Of a DNA stretch of 64,000 bases, positions 26,474 to 39,876 are shown in pieces (the first letter of the stretch is position 1; each line of letters starts with the position of its first letter). The stretch is from Podarcis vaucheri (Eukaryota), in the NCBI GenBank assembly GCA_965113315.1, contig OZ220376.1. One strand, 5' to 3'. A model generated the notes under the pieces. That model saw only the letters and a program-made list of their open reading frames with translations. It searched no databases and was not told where the DNA came from. Made by a program: the position numbers and the translations under genes.

Positions 26474-26941
26474 TAAAGCTATGGTTTTCCCAGTAGTGAT
26501 GTATTCCCAGTAGTGATGTATGGAAGTGAGAGCTGGACCATAAAGAAGGTTGATCGCCGAAGAATTGATGCTTTTGAATTATGGTGCTGGAGGAGACTCT
26601 TGAGAGTCCCATGGACTACAAGAAGATCAAACCTATCCATTCTGAAGGAAATCAGCCCTGAGAGCTCACTGGAAGGACAGATCGTGAAGCTGAGGCTCCA
26701 ATACTTTGACCACCTCATGAGAAGAGAAGACTCCCTGGAAAAGACCCTTATGTTGGGAAAGATTGAGGGCACAAGGAGAAGGGGACGACAGAGGACGAGA
26801 GGGTTGGACAGTGTTCTTGAAGCTACCAGCATGAGTTTGACCAAACTGCGGGAGGCAGTGGAAGACAGGAGTGCCTGGCGTGCTCTGGTCCATAGGGTCA
26901 CGAAGAGTCGGACACAACTCAACGACTAAACAACAACAACA
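26474..26941 (+). mobile_element. BovB (RTE clade) LINE, 5'-truncated 3' end
   Basis: ORF ...YGSESWTIKK..RRRIDAFELWCWRR..., (CAA)n tail, 9-bp TSD ACCATAACA (26465-26473, 26942-26950). Confidence 0.92.
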
Positions 26942-28734
26942 ACCATAACAGCCATTTTGTTGAGCATCTTTGGTGCCTTATCCCACTCCACTCCACCCCA
27001 ACCCCCAATTGTGGTATTTGAAGGCTTGTTTATACAATTTAACAGGCTCAAGTAGTAAATATTTTATTGGGCTGTGTAGCTTCAGGCCACATGTGGGCGT
27101 TTGGGTGGGGTGTCCTTGTGTTCAAATGTTCCTACAAGGAAGAAACTCCCTGCATATAGATAAATGAACTGTCAGGGAGAAATGATGCTGAGCCTGTCTT
27201 AATGACCTGCTAGCTTTCTATGTTTGTGGAGCTTTCATTGAAGGAGAAACTGTAGTCTTCCTACCTGTAACCTGAAAAGATTCAGACCAAGATCAGCTTT
27301 TCTATTTGATTCTACAGGGATTCATCTTGTTAACATCTCCTCATTCTTCTGTTTTATCTTGTAACTTCACCTATCCCAAACATCCTGTGACTTAAATACC
27401 TTCCACTCAGCAAATGAACACTTGGGCAATGCGGCTTAAGTAACTCAGCCTACCTGGAACACTGTGGAACTGGCGGCAACTTTGCTGGTGAAAGGACAGT
27501 TTTCACACACACCCCTTGCTGCTCCTATCCCATTCAACTTCAGAGTGGCTTTGTTAAAAGAGAGAGAGAGAGAATAGGGAATGGTGCCATTTCCTCTTCA
27601 GCAGCCGAAAATTCCAAGAAGCTGGATGGCTTCTATATAGTGTGAAGCTCTCCTCCTTTTTTATTGACTTCCTCTTCAGTCAAAAACAAAAGCAAAAACC
27701 CTTGGCTTTTATACAACATCCCCACTCTGGAATGTGTTTCGTGGAGAGTAAGTTGGCCAACGTTGGAGTCCAAGATCGAAATCTGATGCTGCAGTCAAGA
27801 GTGTAAAATGTTCCTGCCAAGGCAAAGATCTTCCTGAAAAGAACATGCTGGTCTCCACCCAATGAATTTTTTTCAGTTTATAGAAAATCAAAGAAGAAAG
27901 CGTTTATTGGCCCAGAAACCTGTCAGTCAAGTGAGCTGAACAGGATATGTGGTGAAAAGGAACATCTCAAAATGCTGCATGAAGAAAATCAGCAAAGTGA
28001 CCTTTTCTCACACTTCCTTCACTCTGGTACATTATCCGTAAACACTTGCCTGGTAAGCTCATTCAGAAACCATTCTTACTCCCCAAAGCTGAACATTCTT
28101 GTGGCAAAAGCAATACCCATTTCAGAGGATTCCGCCCCTGAATGTTTGAGAAAAATACTTGAGGGCAAAAAGCATCAATGGGAGATGTCCTTCCTCGGTT
28201 TCCTGTACAACCTTTTGCCTTCTACCGGTTTTTCCTCAGCACTTTCATGGCTTCACATAGCAACTGGAAACAGCAATGCAGTAATAAGGGATCTTGGGAT
28301 TCCCTTCTGGATGTAATGTCACTTGGAAAAACCACAAAGGGAAGACTGCAGCTTTTGTGCAGAGAACAGCGCTTTCGATTTTGTAGGAAAATACTGCCCA
28401 GAAAATCCATACCAACCAGATCCACTTCAGTAGTGGGGAGGGCGGCAGTGGTGCTCACCTGACCTGGTTCCTGTGCTGCTGCCATATGCCAGGATGGAGA
28501 AAGGGCAGGGCAAGGTTGGCACATTGCAAATGCACCAGCAGCTCCTCTCTCTCTCTGCAACCATTTGTTCAGACTTGTGAATGTGATTCTGTTAATCAAT
28601 TCAGGTGCAAGTTCCAACCAGACTCTCAGTTTCATCTTTGTATGTCGCTATTGCGTGACAGGAGTCATTCTGCTCCCATGCTAACACCCTTGGCATCACA
28701 CAGCAGTGTGCTTTGGTGCCAGCCCCAAGTTCCC

Positions 28735-28995
28735 AGAAGAAGAAGAAGAAGAGGAAGAGTTTGGATTTGATATCCCGCCTTTCACTCCCTTTAAGGAGTC
28801 TCAAAGCGGCTAACATTCTCCTTTCCCTTCCTCCCCCACAACAAACACTCTGTGAGGTGAGTGGGGCTGAGAGACTTCAAAGAAGTGTGACTGGCCCAAG
28901 GTCACCCAGCAGCTGCATGTGGAGGAGCGGAGACGCGAACCCGGTTCCCCAGATTACGAGACTACCGCTCTTAACCACTACACCACACTGGCTCT
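28735..28995 (-). mobile_element. CORE/MIR-like tRNA SINE (Squam3-like)
   Basis: CCCAAGGTCACCCAG core, tRNA head ending CACTACACCACACTGGCTCT, (GAA)n tail. Confidence 0.8.
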
Positions 28996-30689
28996 GATTG
29001 TTCCGGGAAACCCCATTGACATGCAGATAATAGTTAGCTTTTTTCCTAGGATTCCAGGCAGCTTGCTTCTCTGTGTGTGAAGATGAGAAACTGTTAAATA
29101 TAAACCACTGGGTGCAGATCATGTGGGCACGCAGGCAACTTCCTTCCTCTCCAAGTGGGATGGAGCTACTATGCCAGCTTCCCAGTAGGTGGGTCACAGT
29201 GGCTTAACAGTGTGGGGAGGCAGAAGGGAGACTGGTGCGGTGCAAACACATTTGCGGGATTGTCTCCGCTGGAAGGTCTGCACTATTCTAACCTCCCTCC
29301 TACATTGCCCCTCTCCTTCCTGGTGTGGACGAGAGTATTTGAGAATTATTTTAGGGTTGCAAAGATCTAGAATTATAGAGTTGGAAGGACCAAAGAGTCA
29401 TCCAGTCTATCCTTCTGCAATGCAGGATCTGCTAAAGATCAATTATTGAAAGGCTGTATTGCTTGTGAGGAACAGGTAGAAACCCAGCAGAGAGTCTCCT
29501 TCTTTAGGTAAATTTCCCCAAGGGAAGCAGGCTTTTTGCACCCATTTTCATAGTCAGGGCTTTTTCTCAGCCGGAACTCATGCCTCCATCCCAAAACCCA
29601 GCACCTCACTTACCCAGTTTTGGGGAAACAGAGCAAGGGCTGGTGGGGGGCATCGAGTGTAGCTGAGGACCACCAAAAGTGACCGAGGGCCGTATGCGGC
29701 GGATCACTGTTAGAGCATGAGACTCTTAATCTCGGTCATGGGTTTGAGCCCCTCATTGGATGAAAGATTCCTGAATTGTAGGGGGGTGGTCTAGATAACT
29801 CTGGTGGTCCCTTGCAGCTGGGATTCTGTGAATGTAGCCAAGCTGTTTCAAAGAAGGTTTGACTTCATCATGCCAGCTTCAGCTAACTTTGCAGTTTTGT
29901 TCTTCCAGCTACATCCCAAGAATTTGTTTTCGATAACAAGTTCTGAGAACACCACTTTTCCTTTGTCGCGTAAGCATCCAATCCCCGTTCGCTTCCATCA
30001 TCACCCCTTGTCAGCAACCTCAAGCAGAAGGTTTTCAGGCCTGGGGTTTTTTACTCCCACACCGATAAGCAAAAGTGACCCTTCCTCCCCCCACCCCACC
30101 CCACCCCACCCCACTAGGAACCCGGCCAAGCAGCTCCATCCCACCTTGCAAGCTAAGTATGGGCCTAGCCCCATCTGAAGGGCTGAGCAGGCAGAGCCAT
30201 TTCAACTGCCCAGACGATCTGTGATGACAGCACTCGATAAAATGCACCCCAACCTGAGAAGTCTGTTTTTTGGCTAAGGAAGCATTCATAATGTGAAACA
30301 AAGTCTAATAACAAGGAGCTCTTTAGCTCAACTCTAAGCTTTTGTCTTAGGGTTAACAAAGAAATTCCGTAACAGCACCAAAATGCTTATTATATCGGCC
30401 TTTGTTTCGTTGCCAGGAGGAGATTTATAATTGGACTCGCTGGGGAAGCAATGGGATGTGATGACTTGTGCGGGGCTGCCTGAGCTTTTGACATTCTCCC
30501 AAAGTCACATACCCTGGAGTAGTTAGCGGATTTCAATAACAAAGCCAGCAGAATTTATAGGAAGCCACGGAGTACACGATTAATTGTGAATTATTGTAGT
30601 CTCCACCTGGTTAAAACTGAGCAGTAACTTAAGAGACTAGTTTGATATTGAGTGCTGTTGGCTTTTCTGGAAAATGAGAGACGTGGAGG

Positions 30690-31290
30690 TCATAGAATGG
30701 TAGCGTTGTAAGGGGGTCATCTAGCCCAAACCTCCTGCTATTCAGGAAACTCGACTAAAGTATCCATGGCAGGTGACCATCCAACCTCTGTTTAAAAAAT
30801 CCAAAGGAAGGAGATTCCAGCACGTTCTGAGGGAATCTGTTCCCATGTCAAACAGCTCTTACTCCCCCGATCCACTAAGCTTGTAACTCTAGCAAAAAAA
30901 AGGGGGGGGGGATGATATTTGTCTGGCATGACTTGTTTCTGAGAAACCCATGCTGGCTTAGTAATCACAGCATCCTTTTCTAAGTGCTTGCAAACCAAAT
31001 GCTTGAATTACCTGTTCAAGAACCTTCCCTGGTATCGATGTCAAGCTCATTGGTTGGTAGTTACCTGGGTCTTCTCCCCCCCCCCCAATATTTGCCCACC
31101 TCCAGTCTGCAGGGACCTCACCTGTTATCCAATATTTTTCAAAGCCTGTAGACAGAGGCTCTGAGATTACCTCCGCAAGCTCCTTTAGTACTCCTGGGTG
31201 CAGCTCATCAGGCCCTGGAGATCTGAATTCATTTAAAGTAGCTAACCACCTCTTTTCCTAACCTGGACTGCAGCTCCCTCCTCACATCTT
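30690..31290 (-). mobile_element. Degenerate, internally deleted CR1 fragment
   Basis: Blocks similar to 45680-45850, 46820-47210 of the intact CR1. Confidence 0.75.
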
Positions 31291-33897
31291 TATTGTGTTA
31301 TCACCAGGCTGGGCACTGTGAGGCAGAGGAGATAAGTAACTTTTTCTTATTAGGCTTTGCAGGCTTGCAGGGGCAGGAATTGAAACAACCATTTTTTCCC
31401 AGTGATACAAAGGGAGCAGGGCAAACAGATTTCTCCTGCGACTGGTGGAGGTGGGAAAGCTTTTGTTTTTTCAGGATGTCCTCACAATCAAACACGTGGC
31501 TATAATTCTTTGCACACTTCCTTAGGAGCAAGCCCCATTGGAGATGCTGGAACTTGTTTCTGAGTAAAGAATCACAATGGGTCTGTGTGTTGTATACAGA
31601 TTGCCAATGCAGACTGGATTGTACTGATGGACTCAAAAGTTTTAATACCATTCTATAATTCTCCCATGATGTATCTGGGTTATTTGAAACTCCTCTCCCA
31701 TGTGACTATCCATCGTACGCTACTGTCAATTAAAAAGGAAGATTGTCTTATCACCGCATGAATGGATTGTTAATAGGCCAACTGAAGGCCATCACCCAGG
31801 CCTATTCACAATAATTTTATTTTATTTTTACATGTTGGGATTAACACGAGTTGACTTTCTCAGTGGATTTAGGTACCTGGAATTATTATCCTTGTAACTA
31901 TTCAGCCGGGCTTCGAAATGTAGCTCAACACATCCTAGCTTGAGGCAGCTGTTTTTATAGAATGTCTCGAGTCGTGAACTGGTGACATTTCACATAATTT
32001 CAGAGCAGATTCCAGAGTCCACTAAAAAAGAGAGAGAGATAGCAACGAAATAGTCTTGAACATGCAAAATGGGCAGAAAGATCTTTTCTTGTGCTTTTCC
32101 TCTTTTGCTTGCACTACACAAAAGCAACAGCCTTCTTTATGTGTTCATGGATGAATGTCCCATTAATATTTCAACAAACTTCTAGATAATACACTGGGGT
32201 GGGGTGGGGTGAGGAAGCATTTCTTCATAAACACAGCCTCAATATCTTTAGACCCATAGGAAGCTACCTTCTGCTGAGTCAGATCAGGGGACCATCTAAT
32301 TAAGGATTGCCTTCATTGACTGCCAACAGCTGCCCACTGCTTCAGACAGGACATTCCTACCTGGAGATGCTTGGGACTGAATTTGGTACCTCTTGCATGC
32401 AGAGCAGATGCTCTACCACTGAGCCACAGCCCTTCTTGGCTCAGTCACAAGCAAATCCAGCATGTGCACACCCAGAACTGGACAGTAAGCCCAGTTCCTA
32501 TTCTCTCTCTGTGCTCAGTATGCCTGTTCTTTTTTAATTTGTGGAGGCTTTCCTCCCTGTGCGCTCCTGTGGTAATCATCGCGGACCCCCAGAAAACATT
32601 GTTGCCTTTTGACAGCGAATGCAAAGTGAGTCCTTAGCTCAGGAAGTGCCAGTGGGCGATTTGAACAAAATGATACCTCATCAATTGTCTGTGCAGGGCT
32701 TTTCCTTTCCTTCTATCTGATGGTGTGCCAAGTTTATCCTACAGTATTTACACTGTGATTTGTTTGTTTGGATACCCTTGTGAGCATTGCTCTGGAAAAG
32801 ACAAAAGAGAGAACCCCAGGAAGTTTATGTTTTGCGGTCAAGCTGGTAGAGTTTATGCTTTAATTTTCCCTCCTAGCTTTACTCTGTCTTCATGGAAACT
32901 TAATAGAGAAAGGGGAGTGGGGGACAATGATGGACAATTGCCGTCAGACTAGCTACTAACAGAGGAGTCTTTTACTAACTGTAGACCTGGGACAGATCTG
33001 AAAGGCCAGTGAATGAATGCCTGCACTTGTTTTGCAATTTTTATCCCAAAATGTTCTAAGGCCATTGTGCACTTACCTGTGAGCTCATGAGGGCTTACTT
33101 TTGAGTGGAGATGCATGGGATTGCACTGATGTTGGATGGAAAAGACTGAAGCACCGGGAATATTTCCTCCTGCAAGAGATTGGTGGGTGGAACTTGCTTC
33201 ACGTTTAAAGTGCAGTGGTAGAGTCGCACAGCTATTTCACACAGCAATGGGTGTTCATTGAGAGAAAATCAGACTTAAACACTGATGAATTTTCAAATGC
33301 CTAAGAAAATGTGGAGAACTGAACATAAGAATGGAAAAATGAGAAACTGAGGGAAACCGAAAGTAGCCCAGCCCTGGGAAGTACTGGTGAGACAAGGACA
33401 ATGTACTGGTAGTGCTAGTACACTCACTGCCCCTCCTGCGTCCTACTTGTTCATGAGTATTTATGATGGAATAGAGTTCCAGTTTTACATGAATCAGTTT
33501 TTACTGACCTGTTTTTTCTTCTCTTCCTCCTTCTCCTCCTTCTCCTCTGTATTTTCTACCAAATTATTCTTTGTTCTCAAGCACCTTCAGTTCAAATGTG
33601 CCTGGCCTCTGTTTTAGTGCAATGTAACCTGGGACGATGTAAGTTAATCTGTACATTGAGTTTCTAAACGTGCGGATTCCGGTGTAGGGTGCAGATTTGG
33701 CAAGAGTGTTTTCAGATCAGTTTCAGCCTCTGATTTGCTGCCTCTTTCTTCAATCAAAAGTAGCCTGTTTCCATTCCTTCTGAACAACACCCCGTGTCCT
33801 TTGGTTTAACTATATGTTCTGCTGCTGTCAGCAATGGATGTGTGTGTGTTGACATCTGTGAACGTTGACTAATACTCTTTGTCCCCTCCCCACTTAG

Positions 33898-34029
33898 CGT
33901 GTGAAAGATGAAAGGAGTGATGATGAAGAAGAAGAAGAAGATTCCTTCAGTGATGTCGAAGAGGAGTGCACCAAAAACGGAAGCAAGAATGGATTGAGCT
34001 ACCCTCTCCTAAACAACAACAATCATTAG
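33898..34029 (+). CDS. CERS3: CERS3 last coding exon (RVKDERSDDEEEEED...NNNNH*)
   Basis: ccccacttag acceptor, DxRSDxE motif, acidic tail, TAG at 34027-34029; exons sum to 1146 nt = 381 aa + stop. Confidence 0.94.
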   Translation, partial: RVKDERSDDEEEEEDSFSDVEEECTKNGSKNGLSYPLLNNNNH

Positions 34030-35384
34030 CGTGTTGCCAGCGCCTTCTCCTCAGGGTGCTGTTTGCTGCGCCTGAAACCCATCCTACAGTAGAGAGCTTA
34101 GCGTCAACATCTTAACTGGAGTCCATGATTGATTTTATTGCCGGCCAGTTGAGCTGGAAGAGAGCCCAGTTTCTTAAAAGAGCAAGAATAATTTGCTTAA
34201 CTCGACAAAATGTGTTTAATGGGCCACTTTCTAACACAGTGCATACGGGTGCATGGCAAGCCTGACCTTTTCAACTCTTGAGAATTCTCAAGGATCGCCA
34301 AACAGTCTTTGGAGTGTCATCGTTTTGAACCGAGCTGCTCACACATTTAGAATTTGATAAGCGCTTTAAACAGTTTTGCCGAGTCTCTAATAATGTTTTA
34401 ACATGATTTCATAAGTGCAGGGTTTTATGTGAAGTTGTTGCCACCAGAATTTTTTCAGTAAGGCATTAGGCCATCTTTGTTGAGTTTCAAGCCTTCATTG
34501 GTTGCTTACCTGAGAATTGCTTCTAATTCTCTCTTGGGAGGGTTGACCTTAGGAAGAGGCAGCGTGGACCAAACTCTACCAAGGTTCTTTGTGACATTTT
34601 TCTCCAGAATGACGATTGACCATTAAGCCGCTCTGGGAATTGTTGTTAAGTTGGTTTGTTACTTGATGGTAGAAGCACAAGACGTTGTGGGAGGGCCCAG
34701 CGGCCACCCTGGTATGTGGGGAGCCTGAGAACATAGACTTTAGACTGAGCCAGATCTATCTTGCTCAGCATTTTCTACACAAGCAGTTCTCCAGGGTTTC
34801 AGATAGGATTCTTTCCCCAGTTTTACCTAGAGATGCCGGTCATTGGACCTGGGGCCTTTTTAATGTAAGGCAGATGCCGTACCTTGGAGCTACAGCCCTT
34901 CTCTGCCCTGGAAGATGGTCCAAATGGCATCTCTGGTGGCTTACCACACGGTGGCTGCATGGAGAGCTGGGAGCTCCTAGTCCTAGCCCAGGTGGTTGCT
35001 GACAGCTCGGCACCACCTTCCTACCTCTCGAGTTAGAGATTTCTTGCTGGGCCTCCAGCAGCCTTGTGCAAATTGTGGGTGGCAGTGATCCCATGCATAG
35101 GTCATTCTGGAGTTGAAGGGCATAGAAGGCCTTGGTTGGGCTATATTGCTTCTTTCTCGGCTCAGTTGTGCCAAGTGGGAATTGCATTTTTTTAGGAAAG
35201 CAGCTCATTTGACGATGCCTTGAAGCCCTACAAAGAATTCCTCTTCCTTTATGTTTTTGTTACTCTGCTTTGCAGTGAGGTGTCCATTGAAGCCTGCTGC
35301 TTTCTCTTTCTAAAAACAATCTATCCTCCAAGAAACCAAGTAACACATCTGGAGTCCATGACTGCCTCTGTTTCAGGTTGGCAT

Positions 35385-35560
35385 AATAATAATAATTTAT
35401 TTATACTCCGGCCACCTGGCTGGGTTTCTGCAGCCACTCTGGGCAGCTCCCAACCAAATATTAAAAATACGATAAAAGATCAAACATTAAAAACTTCCCT
35501 AAACAGGGCTCCCTTCAGATGTCTTCTAAAAGTCAGATAGTTGTTTATTTCCTTGACGTC
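35385..35560 (-). mobile_element. L2 3' end fragment
   Basis: Similar to 39890-40060. Confidence 0.8.
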
Positions 35561-37332
35561 TGTCTCCCATTCCCAATGGGCACCAGCAACCACTAGGCCC
35601 AGTGAACGAGACACTGCTTAGTGATACTTCATGGACTCCTACTTAAGAATTGGCCTCTTTTCTTCTCAATTTTGCATCATCTCTGCTCCAAAGTGTTTTT
35701 TTAAAAAAAAAAAACAAAAAACTGAGGAAACTGGAAATAATTATTCTGAGGTTACACAATTCATCCCCCAAGAGATTCCACAGGTGGCGTCTCCCCAAGC
35801 CCCAACTCATTTGGCTGCTTATCTGGTAGGGAGAAAGGACAGCAGCAATTTCTGGATCAGCCTTCTCCAATCTGATGCCCTGAAAAGTTTTTGGACCGGA
35901 ACTACTATCAGCCCCAGATTTGGGAAGGCTGATCTAGAGGAACAATATTGGCTCCGTATTCATGACTTTATCCCCCCCCCCCATTTGAACCGCACAAGTG
36001 TTGTAAAATCTCCCCTCTTTGGTCTGGGAGGGGGTGGGATGTGTGTGTATTCTGTATGTATAAATTGCAACGTCACCTACCTGTTAACGTGTGTACGTAT
36101 TTATTTATATATTTACCTCTGCCTTTATATGAAAATGCCCAGCGAGTTGCTTTTTTTGCTACGTTTAGACAAACATTCAAGAGAGCTAGGACTAACCTTA
36201 TTGTTGGACCAATCCTAGGTGGAAACCTAGGACCGCACTTGATGCGAGGAGCTATCCCTTCTTGGCAGTGACTTGGTGTGTTCAGTTCGGCCACTGATTG
36301 TCAGCTGGGAATGAAAGGGGGGCAGAAAGGGAAAAGGTCAGGAAACGGCCCTGAGCTCCTGTCTCAGCAGCAGCAGCAGCAGCAGATGGATCGATGAGGA
36401 GCCTTGTGGAATTGACCAGCATCTGAGACGGGTGAACAGCAAGTAGCCTGTAGGACCAGTGACTGGTTTGGGAAGGGCCGTAGCTCAGTCGCAAAGCGCT
36501 CATTCTGCACACAGAAAGCCTCAGGTTCAATCTCCAGCATGTTCAGGGAGGGCTGGTGAAAGTATTTTGCTTGAAACCTTGGAGAGCTACTGCCAGCCAT
36601 TGAAGACAAAAACTGAGCAAGATAGGCCGGTGAACTGACACAGCATCAGGCAGCTTCCTATGAAGAGAAGGGGCAAGCCAGGGATGTTAAGGTGGCTGCC
36701 TTGTGCTACTGTATATTAGAAAAATGGGTGGGTGTGAAAAAGGGCCCCACCAGGGCTGGCAAGGCTGCTTGTCCAAATGGGATCAGTGAGGAGAACAGAG
36801 GCGCCAAGGAAATCCAGGATCCAGTGCAGATATGAACATGCAATCTGTGGGTGGGTGGAAGTTATTATTACTTTAAGACTTCAGGATGTTGCACTTGAGG
36901 TTCCAGTACAGAAACTGGTTTTTCAGTAAACCTTTTAAAAAAATGTGTTGTCTCGTCGTCTTTTGTTACATCAGTTCCATTGTGATGACAATAGCCTGCT
37001 TTATTTTTTTATGAATGGTTTCCCATAAAATACCTGAAATGTGATTTTGCAATGAGAACATCAGCAATAAAAAAAACAATTAAAGACAACTCCATATGTT
37101 AAAAAGAAATAATAATAAGAAAATAAAGAACCACCTGGTGTGTAGTGGGAGTAATTGCAAAGGGAAGGTGCCACCACACTAAAGGCCCAGTTTTCTATAC
37201 CATACATACAGGGTACCTCCTGATGAGATTCTATCTGCAGTGTGCCTTCTCCTGCAGAGTGGAATGATTTGGGGGGGGGCATATAATGGGTGAGATGATA
37301 TTTTAAATGGTGGCAATTAGAGTTTAAATGTA

Positions 37333-37574
37333 CAGTCGTACCTTGGGTTAAGTACTTAATTTGTTCCGGAGGTCCATACTTAACCTGAAACTGTTCTTAA
37401 CCTGAAGCACCACTTTAGCTAATGGGGCCTGCTGCTGCTGCCGCGCCACCGGACCACGATTTCTGTTCTCATCCTGAAGCAAAGTTCTTAACCTGAAGGA
37501 CTATTTCTGGGTTAGCGGAGTCTGTAACCTGAAGCGTATTTAACCTGAAGCGTATGTAACCTGAGATACCACTA
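37333..37574 (+). mobile_element. Tc1/mariner MITE, same family as 12384
   Basis: TIRs, TA TSD, single internal unit. Confidence 0.88.
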
Positions 37575-38079
37575 TATTAACAGAAGTTTGAACTGTGCAC
37601 TGAAATCCCTGCTTGGAGGAGAACCCCAAGACCTTGACTGTGGGAAATAGGAAAGCTAAGTTTATTACTGGAAATACATGTTGGATAGGAAAGAACTTAG
37701 TTCCAGCTAATTCAAGTGGGGCTAGCCTTACCCCAGACCCTCCAAGTGTTCCTATTCAGGGATAGTCCCGGATTTACAGAAGCTGTCCCAGTTTCTGACT
37801 GGATCCCAGAATGTCCCACTTTTCCTCAGGATGTCCCTATTTTCATCAGAAATATGTTGGAGGGTATGTTACCCCACATTTGGCTGGTTGACATATCAGC
37901 AGAATGGGCGCTAATACAAGTGCCGCCACTACAGGGCTTTATATACTAATAGTAACCTTTCCTGGTATCAAATCGGCAACCAGCACAGATCTCTGGGCAC
38001 AGGTGTTATATGCTGACAAGGCCTCACGCCTGTCAGCAGTCATGCTGCAGTATTCTCCACTAACTGCAGCTTCTGGATC

Positions 38080-38845
38080 TGTCCTGAACCCCTGGCCTAC
38101 CTGGCGGCAAGTCAGTGTGTCAAATCCAAAGTTAAAAGACCAGCGGTCAATCCACACAAGCAAAGTCCAAGGTCAGGAAACACAGTCCAGAGTCAAACCC
38201 GAAGCATGGTCCCATAGAAGTCCAGGAGCATCCAAGTCAAAGTCCCTCAATATGGGCAGCTGAGCAGACACAACCCCTCAGCTCTGCTTCACTTGTGTAC
38301 TTTGCATGCTGATTGCAACATCTGGGCTTGATGAGGCATGTGACACACACCTGTTCCAAGCCTACTCCAGCTGAGGAATCACACACCTCTTCCCAGAGCT
38401 AGTGAGCCCCACCTGGCCAGCTAGGGAGCTGGGCTGTGGGCTGTAGCTTTCCTCTGCCTCCTGGAGACCACTGCTCCCTACTTCTCAGAGCCTGCTGTGT
38501 TCTGCTGCTCTGGTTCCTGTGCACTGACACCCATCCCTTCGCTATCCTCCGTCACCTTGTGAGTATTTCCTTCCCCATCCCCTGCTTCCCCCAGTGTGTC
38601 CTAAGGGGTGTAGCCAGGATCCTCTTCCTCCTCCCCGTTTCCCTGCCAGTTCATGTAGGGCTGCCATATGCCTGGATTTTCCCAGACATAAACAGTGTCT
38701 GGCTGAAAATTGCTGAAATGTCCAGGAAAATCCTAGCGTATGGCAACAGAAGTGTAGATTTGGGGGCAATAAATAAATAAATGATCAACAATTTTTGTGT
38801 CCGGATTTTCACTATTTGAAATATGGCAACCCTAAGTTCAAGACA
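38080..38845. mobile_element. Solo LTR (same family as 20753) with hAT MITE inserted near its end
   Basis: Colinear similarity to 20753-21420; terminal ACA recovered after removing the insert. Confidence 0.75.
38656..38834. mobile_element. hAT MITE (TAGGG(C/T)TGCCATAT TIR; related copy at ~50716-50860)
   Basis: TIRs and 8-bp TSD AGTTCATG/AGTTCAAG. Confidence 0.82.
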
Positions 38846-39876
38846 ATATCAAATCCTACAGTGCAATCCAGATAATGAACCAGACAGAGAACTTCTTCAA
38901 TATATCATGGTTTGTTTATGTGCTAGAGATGAGGGAGGAATTCAGTTCAGATTTTAATGTAAACGTACCTAATCCCCACTTCCTAAATCACAGCTATCTT
39001 TTGAAATTCATACTCTAAAATTTGCAATGCTGCTCTCCAGAGAAAAGATGTACACTAAATTTTAAAAAGTATATTGGAGGAACGTGTGGATGAAAGTTCA
39101 TATATGAGTAAAAATACATATTACAAAAATGCATTATCTTTGGTAAAATTGCTTGCAAAGAATTGTGCGTATGCCCACTGAAATACCATTGAATCTTTGC
39201 AAGAATCACAAAGGGAAGCGGAAATGTGAAGACTGGGAAAAGGAGAATCAGAAAGGAAACCAAAATTGATAGATTTGTCTGTCCTTAGTGTGTGTACACA
39301 CATAGATAGATAATTTAGATTTCCCATCGAGTTATGTAAAAACAAAGGGGAATATGTGAGTTTTGGCGTTATGCATGTCCCAAACTGTGAAGGAGGGAAA
39401 GGTAAAGAAATTGTATTTTCCTGATATTGAAAGAAAAACAGGGTCTCCACAGGGATTGTTGCCTAGTTCCTTCAGCTGCAGATGCTCAGAACAGCTGACA
39501 ATGAGTGAATAGAAGTATTTAAAGCACATATACGGTAGATATATAGGATTATATGAATAGAAGATCCCTAAGGATGAATATATAGTTGAACACCTACAAA
39601 AAAGGTGATGACCACCAGCTGGAACTATTTAAAAAATGGTTTCAGAAGAATTATGGTACTTAAAAACACAGCCATGCACCAAAAGCTATGAAAATCATAC
39701 ATGAAGAGACCCATTTTCCATACCATGTAAACAGTAAACATGTTCTACAGTCTCTCATATTAGCATGGCTTAGCCTTGCTTAGAACTTGGCCTCAGGGAA
39801 TAATTAAACCATGGAACTCACGCCCGCAGGAGGCAGAGATGGCCATCAGCTTGGGTGGCTTTAAAAAAAAAGGATT

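Noticed and set aside
27681-28316. Plus-strand frame of ~212 codons with a single stop after an acceptor-like site
   Set aside because: No recognisable homology, not in phase with CERS3 exon 9, not longer than other chance ORFs
36476-36545. tRNA genes here and at ~19845, 56460, 60510
   Set aside because: Degenerate A/B boxes that run into SINE bodies; no intact cloverleaf
34030-37130. CERS3 polyadenylation site
   Set aside because: The candidate hexamers I found (~35460, 37067, 37122) lie in or beside A-rich repeat tails; cannot assign
20753-38845. One LTR retroelement that captured the last CERS3 exon
   Set aside because: The first LTR has its own TGTTT TSD on both sides and there is no gag/pol between the copies
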